From: Octopus sinensis
Taxonomy: Eukaryota
Length of the DNA: 64,000 bases
Reading direction: 5' to 3'
Assembly: GCF_006345805.1 (NCBI RefSeq)
Contig: NC_043011.1
Span: 1,178,001-1,242,000, forward strand
The translations under genes were made by a program, and so were the position numbers. Under the pieces are notes generated by a model. The model saw only the letters and a program-made list of their open reading frames with translations. It searched no databases and had not been told where the DNA came from. This document shows, one piece after another, positions 40,288-54,028 of the stretch. Position 1 is the first letter of the stretch; each line of letters begins with the position of its first letter.

Positions 40288-41420
40288 TCAGCTCAAAAGC
40301 TGCGGTCTTGCTGGGGAACCACCACCATTGGCATTGCTACACCTTCATTATTTGAAACCTCCTCTGATATGTGGCATTTGGGGAATGAGGGAATTTGATG
40401 CTGCTGCCCTCATCTGTGCTTCCTGCCATGAGGTAGGCTCATCTGGAACCCTTGACCAGAGGTGATCCAGTTTTGTTTTGATAACACCTACATCCACACC
40501 ATGCAGGTCTCTCAGGCATTTTGGAAGTATAGTGAAGTGCTGTGGGCCCTGAAACCCAAGCTGTTGCAGTATCTGGTTCTGCATTTTGATGGCAATGTTG
40601 GGAGCTTAGGCATTATGCAGCAGTGCTCTGTTCTACTGTTTGTGTTACATTTAGAGCCAAAGTTTGGTACAAGTACTTGCAGGATCTTCTAGATATATAT
40701 CACTGAATTACTTTTTCATGCCTTTATTCTAGGGACTAGAGTCTTAACTTTTTCAGCTTTTCCCAGTAGCTGATAAGTTGCATTGAGACGATTTTCTTCG
40801 TGTAGCTTCATTGGATTGCTTTGAGTTCCACTGTTAATTTTATTCTGTGGTGACCTTAGTCAGGAGCATTAATCTAAGTGCCTGAGGACATATGTCCTCT
40901 AAAAGACCATCATGCTTTGTGTGTTAGTAGCACGGGGCTTGGAATTTTCCATCATTAAACAGCGTGTTATTGTTTTCAGCCCACCTGTGTATTGGATCCA
41001 AATCCCATTGCAAATGTGTAATATTTCCAGGGTTCTAAAAACCCTGAGAGACTTTTGTGTCATCTGCATAACTTGCAAGGGTGGCTATCTGAGCAGCTGA
41101 GAGCATGTCTGAGAAAGCCAATATGAATAACAGTGGCCCTAAGCCAGTGCCCTGTGGAATGCCACTTACAATTTTTGCTTCCTTTAAGGTGGCTCCATTG
41201 GCTACTACTGCCCAACTTCTATCTTTTGGAAAGTTGCATAGCCACTGTCCAAGTTTTCCAACTATGCTGAGATTATGCAGTTTGTGACATACTATACCAT
41301 GGTCAACTTTATCAAAGGCTTTTGCAAAGTCGCTATATATCACATCTGCAAGAGCTGTGTCAGGCAGCTTCTACCTTGTGTTGTGGTAGGGGTGGTTCCA
41401 AGCCTGTGCCTGATGTAGCC
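40288..41420 (-). mobile_element. 5'-truncated CR1-clade LINE
   Basis: YSDFAKAFDKVDHG..SGIPQGTGLGPLLF..SYADDTK; C-terminal QGPQHFTILPKCLRDL..KLDHLWSRVPDEP..AAASNSL. Confidence 0.88.
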
Positions 41421-44058
41421 AGGTTAGTTGCTGCACAATCTTTTGAGCCATGCACAAAAAAGATTTTTGTTCAGTTGAACTGTCTATAAGTGTAGTGCTA
41501 ATGTTCTTAATGAGCATAGTAACTTTACTCAGTCAAAACTAAGCCATAAGACATTGACTAAGTCAACCAAACAAGGGCTACAACTAAAAAATCTAAAAGG
41601 AAAGAATCAAATCTCTTTGAAATAAGTTCTGAATCAAATACCATTTTATTAAGATTGAAAATAAGCAATAAGGAGAAAAATAATCTGATTTTTAGTGAAT
41701 ACAATGACAATTCTGGACAGGAGTCAATCTTTTCCTTGATATAATGAGTTCAAGCCTACCTCTGATGTTTAATTGCATTTCTGGCATAGCTGTTCAGTAT
41801 ACATTGTCTCAGTTCACTCACTTAACAGGAAAAGGTACCAAATCATCTGAGAATGTTGTATGAGAGATATTTATCTTTTATTCTTTTCACATCATAAATT
41901 AAGCACCAGCTCTTAGAGGCCTCTTTAGAGCTTTGCAAACACTGTTTATAATATGAGACAAAATGGCAATGATGGACTACTAACCAAACAAATTCAGATA
42001 TATGTATTCTGTCTCTGAAGAAAGCACATATACTGCTTATTCTACTTTGGCTGACTGAACAAAAATAAACAAAAAAACTGGCACCACTCTTACTGAATAG
42101 TTAAGTGATTTGTGGTAGGAGAGGTAGTCAGCTGTAAAATCAATTTATTCAACAAATAAATGATCCCACTCATGCATGCATAGAAAAATAGAAGTAAAGT
42201 AGTAAAAACAAAATAATTTCATTATATTATACTTTCAATATCCTGGCAATCTTTATGATTTATCAATTTTAGATTATCAAAACATTTAGTTTCATGATGA
42301 CTATTCAATATGATATATATGTTGAGGCCAAATCTTTGTATTATTAAAGATCAATTTAATTATTCCAGAAATAGCCTAATGTGCAGCAGTGAATCTGAGT
42401 AAACTTATCTTCAAGCATTTATGTAGAGAGTCTGGCACAGAAGCCTCATGGTTTTTAAATGAATGCAATCTTGGCATGTACAGGATATTAGTAATCCTCT
42501 CTGTGTAATTGTGCAGAACAATATTTGTCATTTATAAAAACATATAATTATCACATTAAGTAACTGTTCATTTAGTGCTGAAAATATCATCATCCAAATG
42601 CCTCCCATTGTTTTACAAACATATATGTAGCCCAGATTGGATGTTCTGCATTGCTCATCGCAACGTATCATGGGGATATTGCCTGGTAAGTACCAGCTTT
42701 CAGTTCATTCAGTGTAAATGGTTTATTGAGAAACACTTTCCCTTTGAAGTGACTTGAAAGAAAATGACCAAAACTGAAAGGTCAGATGATTGTGCAGGTT
42801 GTTGCATATCACACAATGCAGAGAAATGGACATGATTGGTAAGAATTTCTTTAATAATGCCATTTAGAATCTCTTGCTCTGTGGGTGTCTAAAACAGCAT
42901 ACATATCAAATATTAATGCTAATGTGTTCAATATGGGAAAAGGAAGTTGTGCAACATAAGCTCATAATTGGAATCCACTGTTATTACATGTCTTCCTTCT
43001 TCAAAGAAATTCCAACCTATCACACCAAACTGGTAAATGTTGATTTATTTCTTACACAATCATAATCTTATAAGGATGAAGATGTAAAGAAATATCCTTT
43101 GCCGACTATGATCTGAAATGTTTCGTTTCACTTTTTGATGTAGAAAAATGTCTGTTTACTACAGCTCGCCCACAGACTCCAATATTCTGTTGTGTTTAGA
43201 AAGACAGAATGCTCACCACCAGATAATTTCTTCTTCAATGTGGCATCAGTCAACTTGAAGTATTCTGCTCATAACAATATGTCTGAATCACAAAAGCATC
43301 ATGTCACAAATTTCACTGTTTAATAGATATTGAAATGGTGTTATATGTGTTTCTCAATGCTACAGAAAACATGAACCCCCACCTTCCTCATCTATTAGAC
43401 TGCTGTCATTTCAAAAACCATCAAGTTTCTTTGCTGGACTCTGTCCAATAAACTGATTTGACATACAAACAAAAGATCATAGTAAAGATAACAACCTGAC
43501 ATATCCTACTTCGTTCATGATTATCTTTTTAGTTTTTGTAAAGTAAGAGCAGATCATAAAACAGGAACTGCTAAAACATAGGACAAAGAGTGTATGTCAG
43601 AAATAATCAAAATAATGAATCTTTAAGTTATTGTGAAGGTGTCACACTTTGATATTTGATTCCGAAAACAGCAACATGAATAAATAACAATGATGATCTT
43701 TCAGAAGGTCTCAGGGCAACAGATTATATAGGACTGGTGTGTATAGATGATTTTATCAATCCCACTACATTGTATATGATCGGTACTTATTTTATCAACT
43801 CTTAATTGATGGAATTTGTCTCTAGTGCTCTGTTATTTCTGCCAATCTTCTCCTTATCAAATAATGATGATGATGAGGAGGATGCTGATAATGGTGGTTA
43901 TGATGATGCTGCCATTGATGATGGTTAGTTGTTGTCACATCATGTTATTTGATAGTAGTATCATGATTCAGGGTAATAGTGTTGACTCAACGGGATATTG
44001 TTAAGTTTTCACATTTGAGCAACACTCCAGAATATGAAAGTGTAGATAATGAGTTTAA

Positions 44059-44270
44059 CCCTTTCGTTACTGTATTTATTTTGAGATGCTCTGTGTTTCT
44101 TTTAATAACTTTAAATATAACAAAGAATTTAGTAAAATTACTTGGTTATCATTAAGCTAGTGTTAGGAACATAAATTGTGACTAAGGTTTGGTGGAAGAT
44201 TTTAATTCAAAAAACAAGACATTTGTACTCAGAGTCAGAGCTGGTTTCAGCCGGGTTGGTAATGAAATGG
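44059..44270. mobile_element. piggyBac-type MITE
   Basis: TTAA-CCCTTTCGTTAC ... GTAATGAAATGG-TTAA. Confidence 0.8.
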
Positions 44271-44429
44271 TTAACAGGTACAGGAAAGTTGTAATACCAA
44301 ATTCTTAGTCTATAGTTGACACTCAACTAAAAACAAAAATATCAACTGTTTTTAATGCTGCCATACAGTATTAAAAGAATTGAACTACTTAACTCTTAGC
44401 TTTCTTTTACATATGAAATAACAAACTGT

Positions 44430-46535
44430 CCTTATGGAGGAAAAACACATCAAGTCTGAAGTCTCCTGCACAGCTCAGATGGCCAGGTGCTTCTCACAGA
44501 CACAGCATCCATTCTCAACTACTGGTTTAAATACTTTCAAGCCCTCTTCAGTGCAAACTCAGTTGTCCAGGAAAATGAAATCCTTCACATCCAGCAGCAG
44601 CTTATCAAAATGGAACTAAATGAGCCTCCAACCCTGGAAGAGACCACAGTTGCCATAGGTCAGCTGAAGAGTAGAAAGGCAAATGGAGTCGATGGCATAC
44701 CACTAGAGATATGGAAGCATGGGGGTTCTGTCCTACATGCTAAACTCCATGAGTTTCTTGTTACATATTGGGAACAGGGCAAGCTGCCGTGAGATCTCCA
44801 CAATGCTGTCATCATTACACTGTACGAAAACAAATGGGAAAAAATCAGACTGCCTGAACTACCAGAGAATCACCCTGCTTTTCACTGCAGGAAAAGTTCT
44901 AGCGAGAAAACTCCTCAACAGACTTGTTCTGTCCATTGTCAAAAATCTCTTCCCAGAAAGCCAATGTATTTTCAGAGCCAACAGAGGCACAAAAGATATG
45001 GTTTTCATTCTCTGGCAGCTCCAAGAAAAGTGCTAGGAGCAAAACAAGGCATTATATGCAACATTTGTCAATCTGACAAAAGCATTCAAAACTGTGAGCA
45101 TAAAAGGTCTGTGGCAGACACTAAACCGACTTGACTGTCCCCTAAAATTCTTAACCAGCTTCATGAAGACCAACAAGGACAAGTCCACCTGAACAGCAAC
45201 ATATCAGAGCCATTCCCCATCAACAATGGCATGAAGCTGGGCTGTGTCCTGGCCCCAACTCTCTTCAGCATCTTCTTCAGCATGATACTCAAGCAGAACA
45301 CTGCAAACCTTGATGCTGAAGATGGTGTTTACATCAAGTACCATCTGGATGGTAGTCTATTTCATACTCTGGTGCCTGATGCAGCCTCCTGGCTTCCCAG
45401 ACCCTGGTCGAACTGTCCAACCCATGTTAGCATGGAAAACGGACGTTAAACGATGATGATGATGATACCATTAAGCACTTACTATTTTTATGGGCCTATA
45501 GGCCCACACCAAGACCTAAGAGCAACTGATGCAGGACCTTCTCTTTGTAGTTGATGCCACACTTGTTGCACACACAGAAAGAGCTCTGCAACACATCCCA
45601 TCCTGCTTTGCAGAGGCCGCCCAGCTCTTTGGACTGGAAGTAAGCTTGAAAAGGACTGAAGTCCTACACCAACCAGCTCCTCTGGCAGAGTTCAGTCTGC
45701 CTTACATCACCATTATCAAAACAGAACTGAAGTCAGTACAGCAGTTCACTTATCTTGGCTGCACCATCTCATCAGATGTGAATATCGACAATGAAATTGA
45801 CAACAGACTTGAAAAGGCAAACAAAGGTTTTTGCTAGACTGTACAAGCCTGTGCAGAACAACAAGTATCTTAATATCAGCACATGAGCCTATGTCTACAG
45901 GATGCTCCTATATGGCTCTTAGCCTTGAGTTCCCTATTGCTATCATCTCAGATTCCTCAAATGTTTTCGGCAGCACTGCCTCCGTATCCTCCTCAACATT
46001 TCTTGGAGCAACTACATCACCAACACTGAGGTCTTTGAGTGGGCAAAGGTCTCCAGCTTGGGGGTCATTTTATTTAGGACAAGACTGTGTTGGGCAGAGC
46101 ATGTTGTCAGAATGAAAGACCACCACCTACCTAAGATCATCATGTATGGTGAGCTCAACACCAACCACCACAACAGGTGTTGGGGGAGGGCACCTAGGAA
46201 GCATTACAAGGACTGCCTAAAGTAGTCCCTTAGCGTTTGTGATATAGATTATTGTGAGTGGTGCACTCTAACAGCTGACTGTGTCACTTGACACCATACC
46301 ATCAGAGATATTGTTTTCTCCTCTGAGAGCTCTCGCAGTGCCTCTCTTGAAGACACATGCCTGTGGCAAAAATGCAATGCAGCTGCATTATCAGATCCTG
46401 AACAACCATATCCCTGTCATCACTGCAACTGGATATGTTGATCCCACATTGGCCTTATCAGCCATGAATGAGCATTCAGACAATACAGACAACAACCTTC
46501 CTAATCTTCATCAGTGAAGGCAAGCCAAGAAGGAT
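44430..46535 (+). mobile_element. Decayed RTE/BovB-like LINE (RT and C-terminus) with an 85-bp insertion
   Basis: EPPTLEETTVAIGQLKSRKANGVDGIPLEIWKHGG, KSDCLNY, GCVLAPTLFSIFFS, DLLFVVD, FTYLGCTISSD; RTE tail fragment inserted at ~45378-45465. Confidence 0.9.
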
Positions 46536-46584
46536 ATACATATATAGGTTCTGGTATATTCTGTTAAGATTGTAGTAGAGTACA

Positions 46585-46742
46585 GTATAAAGAACCCGCT
46601 GGCTTGACACCATCAAGAGTGATACCGGAATGGACATAGCCAATCTGAAAGAAACGGCCCAGGATAGAACTGCCTGGAGGACACTGATCCAACGAATAAC
46701 CGAGAGTTGACTTCGACTGAGCAGATAGATGGATGGACAATA
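46585..46742 (+). mobile_element. Short RTE 3'-terminal fragment
   Basis: Encodes RWLDTIKSDTGMDIANLKETAQDRTAWRTLIQRITES; GATAGATGGATGG tail. Confidence 0.7.
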
Positions 46743-47139
46743 TAAAGCTCAACCACCTTTAGATTTCACCCTGTGCTATCCAGTAGTAGCATTATATGTA
46801 CTTGCAGGTTTATGTTTGGGCTTCTGTTGTGTGTGAATAGATAATTGAAAAAATTTGGAGTTAACACCTTTGATAAACTTAGCAGCTACTACTAAGTCCA
46901 AGCCATAACAAACAGAGAGGATGCTCTTGAAGATGAGAATTTGAACTGATGGAGATAATATTTACATATCACTTGAAGAAACACAACTAGATCTCATAAT
47001 GCAAGGAAACGGTTGCATAATCAAGTACTAGCATACCTGGAGAACTACATTGCGTAAAAACAATTGTAGTGATTGAGAATAGATATCCTATCATACTCTT
47101 CTTGTTGACTACAAATTTTATCAATTATATACATATATA

Positions 47140-47173
<34 letters not shown>

Positions 47174-47711
47174 TAAAAGGAATTCCAACCTTGTCTGATT
47201 TTCACGTTTTATTTACAATCTTATAATGATATAATATAATATAATATAATATAATAAAATAAAATAAAATAAAATAATAGAATGTTAAATGTTCATTCTG
47301 AGTGTACTAGTACTTTCATGCATTAAATTATGCAATCTTCAGGTTCATGTAGTAGTGGTGACAGTCATGCTTCACAATTTTTGACTATATATATTTATAT
47401 ACATGTGTGTGTGTTTGAGTTTGGTATTTTGTATTTGTCAGATGTCGACCAGTACACTCATAAAAGCTATATGCTACTTGTTGCAAATTATTACATATTA
47501 TAACCACCATGCCAAGTTAACTGGATGGGATTTTTATGTATGTGGTTCTTCATGTAGCATAGGATAAATATAATAATAATGAGAAATACTTCATAGATTG
47601 AGATTTCATATTTTTATTAATGCATTACTATATATGCTTCAGCATTATACGTATTTATATGGGACCAATTCACCAATATATATATGTATATATATATACA
47701 TATATATATAC

Positions 47712-47919
47712 TCTTTACTCTTTTACTTGTTTCAGTCATTTGACTGTGGCCATGCTGGAGCACCGCCTTTAATCGAGCAACTCGACCCCAGGACTTATTC
47801 TTTTGTAAGCCCAGTACTTATTCTATCGGTCTCATTTGCCGAACCGCTTGGTAACAGGGATGTAAACATGCCAGCATCAGTTGTCAAGCAATGCTAGGGG
47901 GACAAGCACAGACACACAA

Positions 47920-47976
<57 letters not shown>

Positions 47977-48135
47977 TACAACAGGCTTCTTTCAGTTTCC
48001 GTCTACCAAATCCACTCACAAGGCTTTGGCCGGCCCGAGGCTATAGTAGAAGACACTTGCTCAAGGTGCCACGCAGTGGGACTGTACCCGGAACCATGTG
48101 GGTAGTAAACAAGCTACTTACCACACAGCCACTCC
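47712..48135 (-). mobile_element. SINE A
   Basis: Full-length reverse-complement copy. Confidence 0.9.
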
Positions 48136-48878
48136 TATATATATATATATATATAGGTATGCATACAAATTGTATCTCATGATAAATCATTGAAGAATAG
48201 TGTAACCAGAACAGCTTTAATATTTTTGACCCTCATCAGTGAATCCCAATCTACTGAAGCCAGCTTCAATCAGTTGACAAAAGTTTTTACAACAGAAAAA
48301 GACTTTTGATATTAAGAGTCAGTAAAACTGGCATAGTTACAAAAAAGTTAATGAATATACTATTAACTCAGATTCTTCTCTTTCTGACCCAGCTTACTCA
48401 TTGCTTATTATAATCAATATAATATCTTTCCTATATAGATGTTGCAATGCATCTGATGATCAGCAGTTGCTTTGTTATCATGTTTGTGATAAACTTTTCT
48501 TGTGATAAACATCAAAATTCAACAAATCACCCATTTCAATGCTGCATTTAATCTCTACATAAGTAGTGTTAGTATGTATTGAAGAAGACAGTCCATTGAA
48601 GAAGAATGAATTTTCTAAAATAAATTGGTAGAAAGTGGAGAGACCACTGAGTGTTGGAAAAAGACAACAAAACCCCCCAAAAAACCAAAAGCCCTCGTAA
48701 ATACAAGTGGTTCACTCTAGCAAGAAAATCTAGCTAGAGACTGCACCAAAGACACAATTTCTAGTGTTGATGTACCGAATACATACATTCATAGTGACTT
48801 TGAATTGGATAAAGACTGATAATTTAGGAGATTAGGGACTGTAACACCTAAAGCATCATCACTCTTGGTATTGCCTTT

Positions 48879-50121
48879 CCAGGTTGAGTCAAAAGTTTTT
48901 TTTGTATTTCAAGCTTTAATTAATAGTTCAAACAAATTACATATAAAAAGTATTTATTCATCAAAATCAATCCCAACATATTCTACTGTGTGTTGTCACC
49001 TTTGTGTCAGAAGCTAAATTCCACATTCATGCTGTTTGGCTTGTGTTGAGGCAAAAATCTCGCTGCATCTGTTTTCGACCTCATCCACATTGTTGAACCT
49101 CCGTCCACGAAGGAAATGAGCCATGGCTCAAAAAAAGGTGGTAATCTGATGGTACAAGATCTGGATTGTAGGCATGGTGAGGCAGCACTTCCAGCCCTTT
49201 GAGTTTGCACATGGTCACATTAGCAGTGTGAGCTGAGGAACTGGCATGCTTTAGGAATGCACATCTTTGATTGACCAATGCCAGGTAGCAGGCTTTCAAA
49301 GCATCATATGCTTGCTGCAGTTGTTGAGCATAAAGGTTAGTATTTACAACATGACCATCTGGTAGAAGCTCAAAGTGCAACACCTCAAAACTTTACCAAA
49401 CACAAAACATAAAGTTCTATTCAAATGCTCTTGTTTGACAACAGATTCTGAAGCCTGGCAGAAAAAATGCCACTAATTTCTCTTGTTAGGATTACAAAAA
49501 TAGATCCAGTTTTCATCCCCAGTTACAATTTGACACCAAAAACAGACAAACAGGCATCTTGAAGAATTACCAGCAGTTGTTTGCAAATGTTCACACGTCA
49601 TTGAAGTTGGTCATTGGTCAATTCATGAGGGGCTCCTTGACAGTGTCTGTTCACAAGGCTGAGCTTATGGAGGTGTTGATTGATGTTGCTTTGTGAAGGA
49701 CCAATTTCTGCTAACAATGTATGAGTGCTTATGCTTGGCCTCATCTTCCAGATCAGGTCTCTCTGACCTTGGTTTGTCATCTTCCTTGAAGCATCTGAGC
49801 CAGCTTTGTACCACATGTTCGTTGACCTTTCCTGAGTCTTCCACATCATTAATTTATTTTCCCCCCCCCCCTTCCTTGCTCTCATTTCTTTTTTCCACAT
49901 GTAGTGTAAAAGGATTCTGATTGCAAATTTTTCCACCACTCATTACCAAACACGTAAAGTTAAAAGAATAAACAATGTTTATATGTTATATTTCAAAATA
50001 AGGAATAAACAATTCAGCAATGATTGGACAACAAATTGTATCAAATGAATAATATAACATTGACATACAAATTGAGTGAAATCATCGGTGGAAATCTGCA
50101 AAAATGCTTGACTCAACCTGA
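48879..50121 (-). mobile_element. Decayed mariner (Tc1/mariner, D34D type) transposon, ~1.24 kb
   Basis: TIRs CAGGTTGAGTCAA..TTTTTG at 48880 and inverted ending at 50121, followed by TA. Minus-strand fragments: MVEKFAIRILLHY (HTH), QIVTGDENWIYF, HFELLPDG..VN..LYAQQL, EVLPHHAYNPDLVPSDYHLF. Many stops and frameshifts. Confidence 0.92.
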
Positions 50122-51613
50122 TAAATCTATTCTGCTCTGCTACAACAGTAAGCAACTTAAAGTTCATCCAATCAAAAGGACTCGGCCAAAGGAAATATTC
50201 AAAAATATATTTTGAAATGATAAATTAAATAGTGAGATGGCGCTATTCTATTAATATACTATTTTCATATCGAATGTGGTTTTACACCAACATTAAACTG
50301 ACAGATTAGAAAATGATTCAGAAATCAGCTTAAATTTATATATAAAATATCTATAGAGTTGCAACTGGTTGAGTTGATGTGAAGTTGCACTGCTTGGTAA
50401 AGATCAACAATTCTTTCCTATTCAAATCCTTGCACTAAAAGTAAACGATGTTCTTGAGCAGGTCATTTTACTTTCATTGGTCCAGTTTGGCTAGTTGGAA
50501 ATAGACACTACAGCAAGTAGAGCCATTACCAGCAGAAGTATCATATAATTAATAAATATTTAATTAGCATGCTATACTGAATTAGTTTTTTTCTTTCAGC
50601 CTCATTTGAAAATTGACAAGCTACTCTCTTATTTTGTATTCCTTAGGCTGCCTTGGTAAGATCATTGGCAGCAGCACTAACAGTAGAAAGTTTGTAACTC
50701 TGTGTAAAGGACTTTGTACAAAGAGGAGCAATTTTTCATTGATATAAATTTTCTTAACATTGGCAAAAAATATACACTTTATACATACACACATAATATA
50801 CATACATGAAAGGCTTTTATGCTATTTCTGCTGACTAGATTATACCTTTATAATATTGCTTCACCTGAAGTTATACTAAAAGATGTACCTAATGTTTCAT
50901 GAAAGGAATCAAATCCAAAACTAATTGGTTATGAAACAAACTTCTTTATTACGCAACAATGTCTGCACCCATGGATGCTATAGAAACCATAGCTGGGTTC
51001 TTGGATTTTGAAAGCCTTAGATTTTATAAAATCCTCCAGTCTTTTTCCCCAGATATTAAAACCAGAGCCACACTATGCAAATCTTTATTTGCTTACATAA
51101 GAGATATGGTAACTGAAACAGCTACATCTTCACTAGTTTGAAAGTTTCAACAACAAAATTTTTCAGTTATGTTTTTATTGTTTTGTGTCCATTGTTACGG
51201 GTTGACTCCTTGGTGCAATCATTTATTTGTTGAAGCAATTTGCTTTACATTTTGCTTCCCTTCTTATCTGTAACCACTTAACCACTTAATCACTGTGTAG
51301 GATCAGGACATTTTTTTTATTCACGCAGGCAAAATGGAGCAAGTAGAGACCATTTGCTTAGGGAATGGTTGAATGACTGATGTATGATCATTGTAATTTT
51401 GTTGTGAGGAAAATACTGTAGTGCTTGGGGAATTTCGGCAGCAATCCAGTTCCAGTCCTTTAGTGTTAAACGTTTTCCAACTAAAATTATTATTTCTCTG
51501 AGGAATGTTACAAATTATCATGTAGGTCATTTGTGTTAAGTCAAAAGAAATTAATATCTTATGTCAATGTTATTGGAATGCAAGAGTTAGAAACTATAAT
51601 ATTGTTTTCAATT

Positions 51614-51996
51614 GTGAAGGCACAATGGCCCAGTGGTTAGGGCAGTGGACTCGCGGTCGTAGGATCGTGGTTTCGATACCCAGACCGGGCGTTGTGAGTG
51701 TTTATTGAGCGAAAACACCTAAAGCTCCACGAGGCTCCAGCAGGGATGGTGGTGATCCCTGCTGTACTCTTTCACCACAACTTTCTCTCACTTTTACTTC
51801 CTGTTTCTGTTGTACCTGTATTTCAAAGGGCCGGCCTTGTCACTCTCTGTGTCACGCTGAATATCCCCGAGAACTACGTTAAGGGTACATGTGTCTGTGG
51901 AGTGCTCAGCCACTTACACATTAATTTCACGAGCAGGCTGTTCCGTTGATCGGGTCAACCGGAACCCTCGTCGTTGTAACCGACGGAGTGCTTCCC
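51614..51996 (+). mobile_element. SINE family C1
   Basis: 13-bp TSD ATTGTTTTCAATT (51601-13 / 51997-52009). Confidence 0.92.
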
Positions 51997-53992
51997 ATTG
52001 TTTTCAATTACTATTCTTACAGTTAGCAGAAATGATAGAATATCTATTGCAGTGCTTACTGCTTCATTTATTTTCTATCTTTTCTGATTTCAAATTCTGA
52101 CTTTGCCCGCTATCATTTGGGCATCAATAAAGCAAGCACTAGTAAATATATTAAAGTTAATTCTACTGAATTAACCCACATATTTTGTAAAGCAGTTATT
52201 CAAGCTTTTATTGTTTCCAAATAAAACGTTTGCAAATTATTTTTAACTGCTTTCTGAAGATCTCACTTGTCAAAATGTTAGAATCGTTAGTAAGCTGAAA
52301 AAGATATGAAACTGAAGTAAATTGTTAATGCTATCAATAATTTAACTTTCCTTTTAACTAAGTTATTGTATTTTAATGTTTTCGATAAAGGCTTCAGTTC
52401 TGAGGGTGATAGACTGTAAGCTGAAAGTTTGATGATTTTAATTCTGCTGTAGGAAATTATCCATCGACAAGACAAGTAGATTTTGTTTCCCAATCCAACT
52501 TGCCATAAATCTTTGGAGCCAGGTAATTCATTTGCAATTAGCTCTGAATAATTAACAATGATTTCATTGACTTGCAGAAGTAGGTTTGAAGTTTTCCTTT
52601 ATGTCTGGAATGTTAATGAAAATCTAATATTGTATATTCTTCATTGTAAACTTCGATTTTCATCAACAGTGTTGGTAGGAATAGTGCTGTTTTAGAGTTT
52701 CTTGAAACTTCTTTAGCAACACTAGCTGAATTTCCTAAATAGGTTTACACTGATGTACTAAACTGGATTCATACTGCAATTTCAGTTTACAACTTTCTGG
52801 GGTATTTAGAAGTAGAGAGCAGGAAAAGGAGAAGAACTTGCAAGGCTGAGAGAACAGTAAAAGTAAATGATGTTACAGTCATTAATATTCAAATTGAACT
52901 ATTGTAATTAGTTGGAAGATGAGAAAAAAGTTTAGGGCAAATGTTTTGAACAAAGTTGATGATATATGCAGCAAAATAGTCTACTTGGGTTGTACAGAAA
53001 AAAAGTCCATTTAAAAGCATCAACTCAATGATGAACAGTTTTTTATACAGTGTTTCATGAATGCAGATTTAATACATGATAAGTGAGACCTAGGTAGCTG
53101 ATTTTTTAATTATTTTTCTTTGACAATGATAAATACTTAACCATGGATTAATTGGATTAATGTAATCAATTAATTCACACATTTACAAAATCTAGCTCTG
53201 TATGTAGTACATAAAATTGATATTTAGATTCCATTATGTGGATGCAATAACAGAAATGGTAGAACACTAACTTCAAAATATATATATTTTTTATATCGCT
53301 TAAACAGAAAAGAAAGGAAAAGTCATATCACTCTTTCACAAGATTCCAAAACTAGTCAGGGAAAGAGAAAGATAATCCCCTACAAGGAGAGACCTGACCT
53401 GAATGCTTGCAATGTACTAGACTCCACCAAAAATGTCCAGGGACCAAGGGGTGGTGGAGATGCCAAATGAGTTGACAGATCAAGTCTACTATAAAAAAAA
53501 AACAGCAATGGTTCCTCTCATGCAATTTCATACAGTTTTTGCTTATCAAATTATATTCATATGGTTTTGTTCAGCTTGAGGTTATGGTAGAAGATATAAT
53601 GACCAGTGTGCTCCAGAGTAGAATAGAACCTAAAGCCACATAGTCATAAAGCAAAATACTTAACTACACAGTCATTTCCAGAGTCTAAATCCTTCCGAGA
53701 CTGCTTTTAATACTTATCTCACAGAAGTTTTTAAATTACATACGATGAATGTACTGAGGCCCCTAAAATTGAATAATGCTTTATATAAATTTTATTCAAA
53801 ATAACATAGTAAACAATCGAATTGCTAAAAAATATTTAGAAATTGAGGAAACTAAACAATTCTTGAGGGTAATTTGTTTTTTCTTTTCTTATATTAAAAA
53901 GGAAAAAATATTGCACGTTATTCATTGTTACATTTTGCTGACGGGTATAAAAGAGACTATCTAGTGAACCATGTTGTATGGTTTCATATATG

Positions 53993-54028
<36 letters not shown>

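Noticed and set aside
48211-48242. Minus-strand CTGATGAGGGTCAAAAATATTAAAG, a possible HHR relic
   Set aside because: Stem II is essentially missing and GAAA is absent; cannot be supported without a family consensus.
52453-52522. IDKTSRFCFP resembles the Cys-loop receptor M4 motif (ID..SR..FP)
   Set aside because: The following residues are not a convincing hydrophobic helix, the spacing is off, and no other receptor exons were found.
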